Positions 21,585-33,643 of a DNA stretch of 64,000 nucleotides are shown piece by piece. The position numbers and the translations under genes are program-made. Position 1 is the stretch's first letter. Every line of letters begins with the position of its first letter. Origin of the DNA: Microbacterium sp. (GTDB lineage: Bacteria > Actinomycetota > Actinomycetes > Actinomycetales > Microbacteriaceae). The notes beneath the pieces are model-generated. The model was not told where the DNA came from. It saw only the letters and a program-made list of their open reading frames with translations, and did not search any database. The DNA is taken from the NCBI GenBank assembly GCA_029239165.1, contig JAQZBG010000001.1, positions 23,539 through 87,538 of the forward strand, read 5' to 3'.

Positions 21585-22421
21585 TCAGGCCTCCGCGACG
21601 ATCGGGGTGCGCAACCGGCCGATGCCGGCGATCGAGGTCGTCATGACCGAGCCCGGGCGCAGGTACCGCGGCGGCTTGCGGGCGTGCCCGACCCCTTCCG
21701 GCGTCCCGGACGCGATCACGTCACCGGGCTGCAAGGTGAGGATCTCGGACACGTACGACACGATCGCCGCGGGCGAGAAGACCAGGTCATCGACCGACCC
21801 GGCCTGTACCGTCTCGCCGTCCACCTCGCAGTCGATGGACGCCGCCGGATCGAACTCGTCCGCCGTGACCATCACCGGCCCGAACGGCGCTGTCGCCTCG
21901 AAGGTCTTGCCCTGGAACCACTCCGGCGTGCGGTACTGGAAGTCCCGCATCGTCACGTCGTTGATGATCGAGTAACCCGCGATCGCCTCGGCTGCTTCCC
22001 GCTTGTCGACGCGACGCGCGGGGGCGCCGACGATCACGGCGAGCTCGGCCTCCCAATCCACCGCGTCAGCGGCTACCCGGGGCAGCACGAGCGTATCGTA
22101 TGGTCCGATCAGCGCTTCCGGGTACTTCGCGAAGAGGGTGGGATGCTCGGGGAGCGGTCGGCCCATCTCGAGGATGTGATTGCGGTAGTTGAGCCCGACG
22201 CAGATGATCTTTCCCGGACGCCGGATCACCGGCGCCCAATCCGCGTCCTGGATCCCATCGAGCGAGGTACGCCGGCCGTCGGCTGCGGCAGCTCGTTCGC
22301 GCCACGCCGGGTCGTCCAGCAGCGCCCCGACATCGCGTGCACCGTCGATGTCGATCGCGGCGCCGCCCACGATCCGGACGGCGACGGTTCCTCCCGCGCG
22401 CCGCAGCGTGGCGAGGCGCAT
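21585..22421 (-). CDS. nagK: Fumarylacetoacetate-hydrolase family, fumarylpyruvate hydrolase
   Basis: KIICVGLNY..H, DWEAEL, NDVTMRD, GKTF, GTPEGVG; gentisate context. Confidence 0.85.
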   Translation of the reverse strand: MRLATLRRAGGTVAVRIVGGAAIDIDGARDVGALLDDPAWRERAAAADGRRTSLDGIQDADWAPVIRRPGKIICVGLNYRNHILEMGRPLPEHPTLFAKYPEALIGPYDTLVLPRVAADAVDWEAELAVIVGAPARRVDKREAAEAIAGYSIINDVTMRDFQYRTPEWFQGKTFEATAPFGPVMVTADEFDPAASIDCEVDGETVQAGSVDDLVFSPAAIVSYVSEILTLQPGDVIASGTPEGVGHARKPPRYLRPGSVMTTSIAGIGRLRTPIVAEA

Positions 22422-23504
22422 CTACTCGGCATCCCGGGACGGCACATACGTGCGACTGAATCCCAGGCGGTCGATGACCGGGCCGTCGTTGAAGCGGAAG
22501 AGATCGAACTCGCCGTCCGCTCGGAGCGACCAGGGGACCCAGCTGGGCACGACGAACAGGTCACCCTTCTCCACGCGGTGCTCGACACCCCCGAGGGTCA
22601 CCCACCCCGCGCCTTCGAATACCTGCCACACCGACGAGCCCACCTCGTGCCGCGCCGGCGTGACCGCCCCCGCGCGCAAGCGATGGAACTCGCACCGGAT
22701 GGTCGGCATGACGTCGCCGCCGGTCGTCGGATTGACGTAGCGGATGGCGGCATGGCCCGGTTCGACCGTGGCGGGATACCCTTCGTCCTCCAACGCGAGC
22801 TGCTCGCGCAGTGCGGCGTCGGTGTGCTCCCACCGGTACGCGGCCAGCGGTGAACTCACCTTGTCCTCGAGTCCCGACAACGGACGTAGACCCGGGTGGG
22901 CCCACAAGCGCTCGGCGCGGGAGGTGTCGGGAGACGCTTCATCGGTCACACGCTCCGAGCCGAACTCGAAGAACCCCACGTCCGTGTAGCTGGACAGGGG
23001 GATGTCCAGCCCGTCGATCCATGCCATCGGATTCGCCGTGTCGTTGTGGTGGCCGTGGAAATTCCACCCGGGTGTCAACAGCAGGTCCCCCCGTCGCATC
23101 GCGACCGGATCGCCGTTGACGACCGTCCATACCCCCTCGCCCTCGACGACGAAGCGGAAGGCGTTCTGGCTGTGCCGATGCTCGGGCGCTGTCTCGTGTC
23201 CGCCGAGGTACTGGATGGCGCACCACAGCGTGGGCGTGGCATATGCGGTTCCCGGCAGGCCGGGATTTACCAGCCCGATCGCCCGACGTTCACCGCCGCG
23301 ACCGACGGGCACGAGTTCGCCCGACCGAGCGGCGATGTCGTACAGGGTGGACCATCGCCACACGTGCGGAACCGCGGCGGGCGCCGGCGTCATCGGCATC
23401 AGATCGTCACGTTGGGTCCACAACGGCGCCATGTTGTGAGCGTCGAAATCCCGGTACAGCTGCATCAGCTCCGGGCTGTCCGCGGTTCCGTCCATCTGCT
23501 CCAT
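22422..23504 (-). CDS. nagI: Gentisate 1,2-dioxygenase (bicupin)
   Basis: GGERRAIGLVNPGL, APEHRHSQNAFRFV, WNFHGH, WIDGLDIP, YVNPTTG. Confidence 0.92.
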   Translation of the reverse strand: MEQMDGTADSPELMQLYRDFDAHNMAPLWTQRDDLMPMTPAPAAVPHVWRWSTLYDIAARSGELVPVGRGGERRAIGLVNPGLPGTAYATPTLWCAIQYLGGHETAPEHRHSQNAFRFVVEGEGVWTVVNGDPVAMRRGDLLLTPGWNFHGHHNDTANPMAWIDGLDIPLSSYTDVGFFEFGSERVTDEASPDTSRAERLWAHPGLRPLSGLEDKVSSPLAAYRWEHTDAALREQLALEDEGYPATVEPGHAAIRYVNPTTGGDVMPTIRCEFHRLRAGAVTPARHEVGSSVWQVFEGAGWVTLGGVEHRVEKGDLFVVPSWVPWSLRADGEFDLFRFNDGPVIDRLGFSRTYVPSRDAE

Positions 23505-23654
23505 CGCAGCAACCTTCCTTCGGCCTCTCCTCTCGACGCTATGTGACATTGAGGCGCAGGTCAACGTAATTCTGTTACATATTTCGTGTTACCGTCTGGG
23601 CCGGCGTCGTGGCACGCCCCGCAGAGACGTGGATGCCTCTGCAGAAAGGCAGAG

Positions 23655-25052
23655 ATGAGCGACCTCCTTCCCTCGACGACCGGAATCGTCGGACGCGTTT
23701 TGAGACGGGGGACGGAGGCGTACGAGAGTCTCCGGCGAGCGGCCGTGTGGCACGCCGGTGTGCCGCACCGGTTTCCCGAGATCATCGTGCTGGCCGTCAC
23801 CGAGCAGGATGTCGTCGGCGCCGTGCGGCTGGCGAGGGCGGAGGGACTCCAGGTCGCGATCCGCTCGGGCGGGCACAGTTGGTCGGGGTCGCATCTCCGC
23901 GACGGGTCGCTGCTCATCGACATGTCGAACCTCCGCGACATCGTGATCGACCGAGCGAGCATGACGGTGACCGTTCAGCCCGGCCTGCGAGGGTCGGAAC
24001 TCCTCGGGATGCTCCGGAAGCAGGGGCTCTTCTTCCCGGTCGGACACAACTACGCGGTGGGGATCGGCGGATACCTCCTGCAGGGCGGTTTCGGCTGGGC
24101 GGGACGCGAGTTCGGTCCCGCATGCATGTCGGTCGTCGCCATCGACGCTGTCACCGCGGATGGGGAACGCGTGCATGCCAGCGACGACGAGAACGCCGAC
24201 CTCTTGTGGGCCGCCCGCGGCGCCGGTCCCGGATTCTTCGCCGCCGTCACGAGATTTACGCTTCGCGTCTACCCGCACCGCGCAGTCACCCTGAGTAGCA
24301 CGTACATCTTTCCCGCATCCTGCGCCGCCGACGTGTTCCGTTTCGTCAACGAGCGCGGGCGGACGACGCCGCTCGAACTCGGGGTCGTCGTGCAGCGGCA
24401 CGAGATCGCCGGTGGCGAACCGGTGGTGATCCTCCACGGGCTCGCGTTCACGGAGACCGAGGAATCAGCGCGGGCACAGCTGTCGTTGCTCGAAGAGTGC
24501 CCGGCCCTCGGACATGCCATCCTGTCGCGAGCGTGCGAGCCCACGGTGCACGGCGCCGTCGAACTCGACGAGAGCACGGCGGTGCCGAATGAGAGTCGGC
24601 GATGGATCGCCGACAACATCGTGAGCGACGCGGGCGCCGATGATCTGCTCCCGAACCTGCACACCCTGATCGAGACGCTTCCGCCCGCGCCGACATACCT
24701 GTTGATGTTCAACTGGGACGGATATCCCGGTTCGCCCGTGCGGCCACCCATGGCGTTCTCGCTCGAGGGCGCGTTCTGCTACGCGCTGTACACCGCGTGG
24801 GACGAGGCCTCGGATGACGACAGGTACCGCGGATGGACAACCGGCATCATGCGCAACTGGGAGCCCTACGCCTCGTATACGATGCTCGCCGATGAGAATC
24901 TCCTCAACCGCCCGACGGCGTTCATGACGGCGGAGAGCCTGGAGCGACTCGATCGACTGCGGTCCGCCTGGGATGTCGAAGGGCGGTTCGTGTCGTGGCT
25001 CGGACGCCCGGACGGAGAGCGAGAACGCGCCTCGGAGCGAGCTCAGGGGTAG
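23655..25052 (+). CDS. Covalent-FAD oxidoreductase (BBE/6-hydroxy-D-nicotine oxidase-like, VAO/PCMH fold)
   Basis: RSGGHS histidyl-FAD motif, VGIGGYLLQGGFG, DLLWAARGAG. Confidence 0.85.
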   Translation: MSDLLPSTTGIVGRVLRRGTEAYESLRRAAVWHAGVPHRFPEIIVLAVTEQDVVGAVRLARAEGLQVAIRSGGHSWSGSHLRDGSLLIDMSNLRDIVIDRASMTVTVQPGLRGSELLGMLRKQGLFFPVGHNYAVGIGGYLLQGGFGWAGREFGPACMSVVAIDAVTADGERVHASDDENADLLWAARGAGPGFFAAVTRFTLRVYPHRAVTLSSTYIFPASCAADVFRFVNERGRTTPLELGVVVQRHEIAGGEPVVILHGLAFTETEESARAQLSLLEECPALGHAILSRACEPTVHGAVELDESTAVPNESRRWIADNIVSDAGADDLLPNLHTLIETLPPAPTYLLMFNWDGYPGSPVRPPMAFSLEGAFCYALYTAWDEASDDDRYRGWTTGIMRNWEPYASYTMLADENLLNRPTAFMTAESLERLDRLRSAWDVEGRFVSWLGRPDGERERASERAQG

Positions 25053-25891
25053 CTGAAGAAGCCCTGCCCGGACTTCCGGCCGAGTTCGCCCGCCGCGACC
25101 TTGTCGCGCAGAATCTGCGGCGGGGCGAATCGATCGCCCAACGTCTCGTGCAGGAACTCGCAGATGTTCAACCGCACATCGAGACCGACGAGGTCGGAGG
25201 TGCGAAGCGGCCCGGTAGCGTGCCGGTAGCCCAGCACCATGGCCGTGTCGATGTCCGTGGGGCTCGCGACTCCCTCTTCGACCATCCGCATCGCCTCGAG
25301 CGCGATCGCGTTCCCGAGCCGCGAGCTCGCGAACCCCGGTGCGTCGTTGACCACGATGGCGGTCTTGCCCAACGCCTCGACCCATCCGGCGGCGGCGGTG
25401 TGGATGTCGTCCGATGCGAGAGCCGTGAGGACGATTTCGACGAGTGCCGATGGAGGCACGGGGTTGAAGAAGTGCAGACCGCAGAACCGTTCCGGCCGCT
25501 GCAGGCGCTCGGCCAGTTGCGTGACGGGGAGCGACGACGTGTTGGTGGCGATCCACGCACTGTCGGCGAGGACTCGCTCGGCCCGGATCAGCGCTTCGAT
25601 CTTCATGTCGAGGATCTCGGGCACAGCCTCGATCACGAGACCGGAGGCGGCTAGGTGCTCGTAGTCGGTCGAGACGGCGAGTCGTGCGGCGACTCCGGAG
25701 AGATCGTCGGAGCCGTCCCGGGCGGCCGCCTTGGCGATGCCGTCCCCGAGTCGCTCACGAGCGGACTCCGCAGCGGCGTGGTCCCGTTCGACCACCGTCA
25801 CCTCGGATCCCGCACGGGCAAACACCAGGGCGATACCCGCCCCCATCCGCCCTCCGCCGATCACGCCGACGCGCTCGGGTGCACCACTCAT
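25043..25891 (-). CDS. 3-hydroxyacyl-CoA dehydrogenase
   Basis: GGGRMGAG, EAVPE, NTSSL, GLHFFNP, PGFASSRL, GRKSGQGF. Confidence 0.92.
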   Translation of the reverse strand: MSGAPERVGVIGGGRMGAGIALVFARAGSEVTVVERDHAAAESARERLGDGIAKAAARDGSDDLSGVAARLAVSTDYEHLAASGLVIEAVPEILDMKIEALIRAERVLADSAWIATNTSSLPVTQLAERLQRPERFCGLHFFNPVPPSALVEIVLTALASDDIHTAAAGWVEALGKTAIVVNDAPGFASSRLGNAIALEAMRMVEEGVASPTDIDTAMVLGYRHATGPLRTSDLVGLDVRLNICEFLHETLGDRFAPPQILRDKVAAGELGRKSGQGFFSYP

Positions 25892-26072
25892 CTCGTCTCC
25901 TTCGATCGATGACTCCCCCACTGTCACACCCGGACCTATGCCTGTCCAATACCTGATCATCCCGCTATTCATGCGCAGGAGGGATGAAATCCTCGTGGCA
26001 TAGGTATTGGACGGGAGAAGTCCCGACGAGTCAGGCTGGTGTCAGATACCCGCGACGAAGCAGGAGCATGTG

Positions 26073-27452
26073 ATGAGCGCATACCGGACGATCAACCCAG
26101 CCACGGGCGAGATGCTCGAAGAACACCCGGTCGTCGACGACGCGGCCGTGGAGGACATCCTGGCCCGGTCCGCCGAGGCGTTCTCGACGTTCCGCCGCCT
26201 GCCCCTCGAGGAGCGCACATCCGTTCTGCGTCGTGCCGCCGCGCTGCACCGCGAGCGCATCGACGAACTCGCCGAGATCCTGACCGTCGAGATGGGCAAG
26301 CCGATCACGCAGGCCCGCGGAGAGGTGACCCTCGTCGCATCGATCTACGAGTACTACGCGGACAACGCCGCGCGTTTTCTCGCCGAGGAGAATCTCGACA
26401 TCGTGGGCGGAGGCGAGGCGCGCGTCCGCACCGAGCCGATCGGCCCGCTGCTCGGCGTCATGCCCTGGAACTACCCGTACTACCAGGTGGCACGTTTCGC
26501 CGCCCCGAACCTCGCGTTGGGTAACACGATCATCCTGAAGCACGCGCGTAACTGCCCCCGCTCGGCGCTCGCCATCGAGACGTTGTTGAGGGATGCGGGC
26601 CTCCCCCGCGCTGCCTATATCAACGCCTTCGTCGACAGCCGCCAGGTCGCGACGATCGTGTCGGATGACCGCGTCCGGGGCGTCTCACTCACCGGATCCG
26701 AGAAGGCGGGCGCGGCGGTCGGCGAGATCGCCGGACGGCATATGAAGAAGTACGTGCTCGAGCTCGGCGGGTCGGACCCGTTCATCGTGCTCGATGACGC
26801 CGACATCGACGCTGCCGTCGCGGCGGCGGTCACGGGTCGGTATGCCAACGGCGGCCAGGCCTGCACCGCGTCGAAGCGGTTCATCGTTGTGGAACCCGTC
26901 TACGAGGAGTTCACACGCAAGTTCATCGCTGCGGTCTCGGCGATCGCGGCCGGCGACCCGATGGATCCGACGACGTTCCTCGGACCGCTGTCGTCCGCAG
27001 CTGCCGGCGACGAACTCGACGAGATCGTCCGTGATGCAGTGGACAGGGGCGCGACCTTGCACTCCGCACCGGGCGCCCGGCGATCCGGCGCCTTCTACCC
27101 GCCGAGCGTGCTGACAGAGGTCACCTCCGACATGCGGGCGTTCGAAGAGGAGTTGTTCGGCCCGACCGCCGTCGTCTACCGCGTGCCGTCGCCGCAGGCC
27201 GCGGTGCAGCTCGCCAACGCGTCGCCCTACGGACTCTCCAGCAGCGTTTTCACGCGGAATGCCGAGCAGGCCGCCACGATCGCCCGGCAGCTCGAGGCGG
27301 GAATGGTGTGGATCAACAGCACCAGCAAGAGCGCCCCGGACCTGCCGTTCGGCGGCGTGAAGCGATCCGGCGTCGGACGCGAGCTCGGACGCTTCGGAAT
27401 CGACGAGTTCGCGAACAAGAAGCTCGTCCGGATCCTCGAGCCGCTGGGCTGA
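26073..27452 (+). CDS. NAD(P)-dependent semialdehyde dehydrogenase (SSADH/Sad-like)
   Basis: MPWNYP, SLTGS, LELGGSDP, GQAC, EELFGP, PFGGVKRSG. Confidence 0.9.
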   Translation: MSAYRTINPATGEMLEEHPVVDDAAVEDILARSAEAFSTFRRLPLEERTSVLRRAAALHRERIDELAEILTVEMGKPITQARGEVTLVASIYEYYADNAARFLAEENLDIVGGGEARVRTEPIGPLLGVMPWNYPYYQVARFAAPNLALGNTIILKHARNCPRSALAIETLLRDAGLPRAAYINAFVDSRQVATIVSDDRVRGVSLTGSEKAGAAVGEIAGRHMKKYVLELGGSDPFIVLDDADIDAAVAAAVTGRYANGGQACTASKRFIVVEPVYEEFTRKFIAAVSAIAAGDPMDPTTFLGPLSSAAAGDELDEIVRDAVDRGATLHSAPGARRSGAFYPPSVLTEVTSDMRAFEEELFGPTAVVYRVPSPQAAVQLANASPYGLSSSVFTRNAEQAATIARQLEAGMVWINSTSKSAPDLPFGGVKRSGVGRELGRFGIDEFANKKLVRILEPLG

Positions 27453-27462
27453 ACCGATCGGA

Positions 27463-27498
27463 GACCAAGGCCCCCGGCGCCCACCGGAGGCCTTGGTC
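27463..27498 (+). terminator. Hairpin downstream of the semialdehyde dehydrogenase
   Basis: GACCAAGGCC...GGCCTTGGTC stem, about 10 bp after the stop codon. Confidence 0.6.
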
Positions 27499-27569
27499 GT
27501 GCGGGGGCGTCACCACCCTGCTCGACACCCGCCCTGAGACGGCTCGGCACGGAGGCACGGCACGGCGCG

Positions 27570-27617
27570 AAAAAGCCCCAGGGCTCTCGCGGGATGATGC
27601 GAGGCGCCCTGGGGCTT
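27570..27617 (-). terminator. Intrinsic terminator of the BVMO gene
   Basis: AAGCCCCAGGGC...GCCCTGGGGCTT 12-bp stem; the A-run at 27570-27574 gives a U tract on the minus strand. Confidence 0.7.
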
Positions 27618-27629
27618 CGAGGACCGGCG

Positions 27630-29255
27630 TCAGACTGCGGCCGGCTGTTTCACGGGGGTGAGGGCGAATCCCTTCAGGTCGTTCGCCACGACGTCGGCAA
27701 GCACCTCGGAGTATGCCTTGATGCCTGCCATGTAGAAGAGCACGGAGCTCTTCTTGCCCGGGATGTTGGCTCCGAAGATCCAGGAGTCGGTCTTCGGGAA
27801 CACCGTGCCGTCCGCGATGTCCTTGCAGATGACCGACCACCCGTCCTCCACGTCCTGCGTGGTCTCGATCGTCGCGTGCTCCCGTTCGCCGGTCTCGATG
27901 AGTTTCGTGATGAACTCCACCTGAACCTCGATCGAGGGCACGAGGTTGGTGAACGGTCCGTTCGGGCCCAGCACCATGAAGAGGTTCGGGAAGCCGGTCG
28001 TCGCTACCCCGAGATAGCTCGTCGGTGCGTCCTTCCAGTGCGCGTCCGCCGTGACCCCGCCTCGACCGACCATGTTGATCCGGCGGTAGTTCCCATCGAC
28101 CGCGTCGAATCCGGTCGCGAACACGAGGACATCGAGTTCGTGCACAACCCCGTCCTCCGTCCTGACGCCCTCTGGGACGATCTCCACGATGGGGTTCTCC
28201 AGAAGCGAGACGAGCTCGACGTTGTCCTGGTTGTACACCTCGTAGTAGTTGTGGTTGCACAACGGCCGCTTAGCGTATGCCTGCGTCGGCGTGAGTCGGC
28301 GAGCCGTCTCCGGGTCCTTCACGACGTCGGCGATCTTTCGACGGATGAAGTCCGCGGCCGCCTCATTCGACTCGAGGTCGACGGCCAGATCGTTGAACGT
28401 GCCGAACATGAAGTAGAAACCGTTGCCGCGGTCCCACGCCTCCTGGAAGACACGCTCGCGCTCCGCGTCACTCACCGACGAGGCGGCGATGGTGGATTCC
28501 TCGAATCCGAAGGCGACTTGCGACCCGCGGACCTGCTTCCAGATCTCGTCGTAGCGGCGCTTGTACCCCTCCACCTCGCCGGGCTCCACGGGACCGTTCC
28601 CCGACGGGACGCAGTACTGCGGATTGCGCTGGAAGACGGTGAGATGATCGGCCATCTTCGACGAGGCGACGATGAACTGCGTGCCGGTGGATCCGGTCCC
28701 GATCACACCGACCCGCTTGCCTTCGAGCGCGAGGTCGTCAGGCCATTCGGCGGTGTGCACGAGTCGGCCCTGGAACGAGTCGATACCGGCGATGTCGGGC
28801 ATGTTGACCGCCGCCAGCAGGCCGAGCGCGGTGACGACGTAACGCGCCGTGACCGACTCGCCCCCCGCCGTCGTGACGGTCCAGATGTCGTTCTTCTCGT
28901 CGAAGACGATGTCGGTGACTTCGGTGTCGAGCTGGATGTCCTTCATCAGGTCGTGGCGCCGCACGACCTCCTCGATATACGCGAGAATGTCGGGCTGGTC
29001 GATGTACTTCCGACTCCAACTCCACTCCTGAAGAAGCTCCTTGTCGAAGGAGTATCGGTAGAACGGGCTCTCGGTATCGGACATCGCTCCGGGATATTTG
29101 TTCCAGAACCAGGTTCCGCCGACTCCGGCGCCCTTCTCGAAGAGCCGCACGGTGAGCCCGAGCTGCTCGCGCAGCGTATACAGCTGATAGATGCCGGCGA
29201 ATCCGGCTCCGACGACGACGGCGTCATAGTCGGTCGCGTGGTGCAGATCATTCAT
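27630..29255 (-). CDS. chnB: Type I Baeyer-Villiger monooxygenase, cyclohexanone monooxygenase-like
   Basis: GAGFAG, GGTWFWNKYPGAMSD, fingerprint FQGRLVHTAEWP, GTGSTG, AKRPLC, ATGFDAVDG, SWIFGANIPGK. Confidence 0.88.
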   Translation of the reverse strand: MNDLHHATDYDAVVVGAGFAGIYQLYTLREQLGLTVRLFEKGAGVGGTWFWNKYPGAMSDTESPFYRYSFDKELLQEWSWSRKYIDQPDILAYIEEVVRRHDLMKDIQLDTEVTDIVFDEKNDIWTVTTAGGESVTARYVVTALGLLAAVNMPDIAGIDSFQGRLVHTAEWPDDLALEGKRVGVIGTGSTGTQFIVASSKMADHLTVFQRNPQYCVPSGNGPVEPGEVEGYKRRYDEIWKQVRGSQVAFGFEESTIAASSVSDAERERVFQEAWDRGNGFYFMFGTFNDLAVDLESNEAAADFIRRKIADVVKDPETARRLTPTQAYAKRPLCNHNYYEVYNQDNVELVSLLENPIVEIVPEGVRTEDGVVHELDVLVFATGFDAVDGNYRRINMVGRGGVTADAHWKDAPTSYLGVATTGFPNLFMVLGPNGPFTNLVPSIEVQVEFITKLIETGEREHATIETTQDVEDGWSVICKDIADGTVFPKTDSWIFGANIPGKKSSVLFYMAGIKAYSEVLADVVANDLKGFALTPVKQPAAV

Positions 29256-29363
29256 GGGCGACTCCTTCGTCTACTTCAACCCCAAGGTGAATCCACTGTC
29301 ACACGGGCGTTCCATTCGATCCAATACCAAATAGAGGACAGTTCATTGCCTGAGATGAATTAA

Positions 29364-30260
29364 TCACTCCGGGGCGGGCAGGACCAGCTCGGACAGGCGC
29401 AGCACGGCCTCGAGGGCGCGATCGTCGCTGTCCGAGCGCCAGGCCATCCGCAGCTCGATCGGCGCGGCGTCCTCACGCAATCGGAGAAAACGGAGGTGAG
29501 GGTCCGCGATGCTCGGGACCACGGACGAGAGCGTGAGCGAACACCCCACCTCCGCGGACACGAGCGACATGAGCGTCCACGTGTCAGAAGCGTCCTGCAC
29601 GATATCCACGGTGAAACCCGCGTCCCGCGTCATCTGCAGGAGACGGTCGTTCAGCACCGATCCGAGGTCTGCCGGAAGGGTGACGAAGCGGTCTTCGCTG
29701 AACTCCGCGATCGACACCACGGTGCGGTCGGCGAGCCGATGCGTCTCCGGGACCGCGATGACGAGCTCCTCGACGGCGATGACACGGGTGCGCACGCCAT
29801 CCGGCACGTGGTCCCACCGCCCCAGTGCGATGTCGATGTCGCCGCGGGTGAGCAGCCGCATGGCCTTCTGCGCGAAGTTCTGGCTGAGCAGTTCGAGATC
29901 GATGCCCGGATGCTGCTGCTTCACCGCTCGCGCCAGGCGCCCGACCAAGACGTTCGACGACGCGCCCGCGTAGGCCAAGCGGATCCGGCCGATCTCGCCG
30001 ACGCCCGCGGCGCGCGCCACCGTGCCCATCCGATCGAGCGCGCCGAGCACCTCCCGCGCCGGAGCGACGAGGGCAGCACCGACCGAGGTGAGCGTGACTT
30101 TCCGCGTCGACCGTTCGAAGAGCAGCGCGCCGAGCTCTCGCTCCATCTGCTTGACATTGCGGCTCACGGGCGGCTGCGCCATGTGCAGCTTGTCGGCTGC
30201 GCGGCCGAAATGAAGCTCCTCGGCGACCGCCAGGAACGATCGAATCTGTTGAATCTCCAC
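29364..30260 (-). CDS. LysR-family regulator (CatR/BenM-like)
   Basis: GTG start VEIQQIRSFLAVAEELHFGRAA...QPPVS. Confidence 0.92.
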   Translation of the reverse strand: MEIQQIRSFLAVAEELHFGRAADKLHMAQPPVSRNVKQMERELGALLFERSTRKVTLTSVGAALVAPAREVLGALDRMGTVARAAGVGEIGRIRLAYAGASSNVLVGRLARAVKQQHPGIDLELLSQNFAQKAMRLLTRGDIDIALGRWDHVPDGVRTRVIAVEELVIAVPETHRLADRTVVSIAEFSEDRFVTLPADLGSVLNDRLLQMTRDAGFTVDIVQDASDTWTLMSLVSAEVGCSLTLSSVVPSIADPHLRFLRLREDAAPIELRMAWRSDSDDRALEAVLRLSELVLPAPE

Positions 30261-30363
30261 GGGACTATTGTTGCAGATCTGTATTAATGACGTGGGGTCT
30301 GAGTATTGGACGTGCATAAAAAATCCTGACAGGCTGACGGCACGATTCTCAGAAGGTGATGCG

Positions 30364-31589
30364 ATGACGATCCCCGATGTGCGGCGCGACGCGGCCCGCG
30401 ATCAGCCCCCGAGCGGTCCTTTCCAGGGCGTGCTGGTGGCCGATTTCGGGCGCGTGCTGGCCGGACCCTACTGCACGATGCTGCTGGCCGATCTCGGGGC
30501 CACCGTCATCAAGGTCGAGAGTGCGCTCGGCGATGAGACGCGGAGTTGGACGCCGCCTCAGCGAGATGGCGAATCGACGTACTACCTGTCAGTCAATCGC
30601 AACAAGCATTCGATCGTGCTCGATCTGAAGGACCCTGCCGACCTCCGTGTTGCGCGCGACCTGGCCGCGCGCGCGGACGTCATCACCGAGAACTTCAAGC
30701 CGGGTGGCATGGCACGATTCGGCTTGGACTACGCCTCCGTCGCGAAGGTCAATCCGGACGTCGTGTACGCGTCGATCACCGGTTTCGGGACGGCAGGCGG
30801 CGCGGAGCTCCCCGGATACGACCTGCTTGTGCAGGCGATGTCGGGGATGATCACGCTCACCGGGCCGCAGGACGGGGACGGGTACCGCTCGGGTGTCGCC
30901 GTCTTCGACGTGATGACCGGTCTGCACGCCGCGGTCGCGGTCGCTAGCGCCCTCTATCATCGCGCGCTGACCGGCGAAGGACAGCACGTGGAGCTCAACC
31001 TCCTTTCCTCGGCGCTCTCGGGGCTCGTGAACCAGACGGGCGGCTACCTGCTCAGCGGGAGCGTGCCCTCACGCCTGGGCAACGACCATCCGAGCATCTA
31101 CCCGTACGCCCCGTTCCCGACCGCGGACGGAGATCTCGTGCTGACGATCGGCAACGACGTGCAGTTCCGCGGGCTGTGCGATGCGCTCGGATTGCAGCAC
31201 GTGGCCGTCGACCAGAGGTTCCTCTCGAACACCCTGCGCAGCGCCCATCGCGATGCGCTGCGACCGATCCTCACGACACGTCTCGCTGATCGCACGGCCC
31301 GGGAATGGTTCGACCTGCTCTCCGAGCGGGGGATCCCCTGCGCTCCCGTTCTCGATGTCGCCGGCGGTATCGACTTCGCCCGCAGCATCGGACTGGAGCC
31401 CGTCGTAACCTCCGGGGACGGGGACCGCGCCATGCCCGGCATCCGCAACCCCATCACGTTCTCGCGAACCCCCGCGGACTACCGCCTCGGGCCGCCCACC
31501 CTCGGACAGGACGGCGACGCCATCCGGGCATGGCTGCAGGGCACCTCGAGGAACGTCGCCGAGTCGATGACCGAGGAAGGTCAACCCGC

Positions 31590-31593
<4 letters not shown>
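30364..31593 (+). CDS. Family III (CaiB/BaiF) CoA-transferase
   Basis: RVLAGP, LADLGA.VIKVE, GDETR, NRNKHSI, ENFKPG, GYD...QA.SG. Confidence 0.92.
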
Positions 31594-33612
<2,019 letters not shown>

Positions 33613-33643
33613 TGTACAACACGACCGACGGGAGCCCGCTCGC

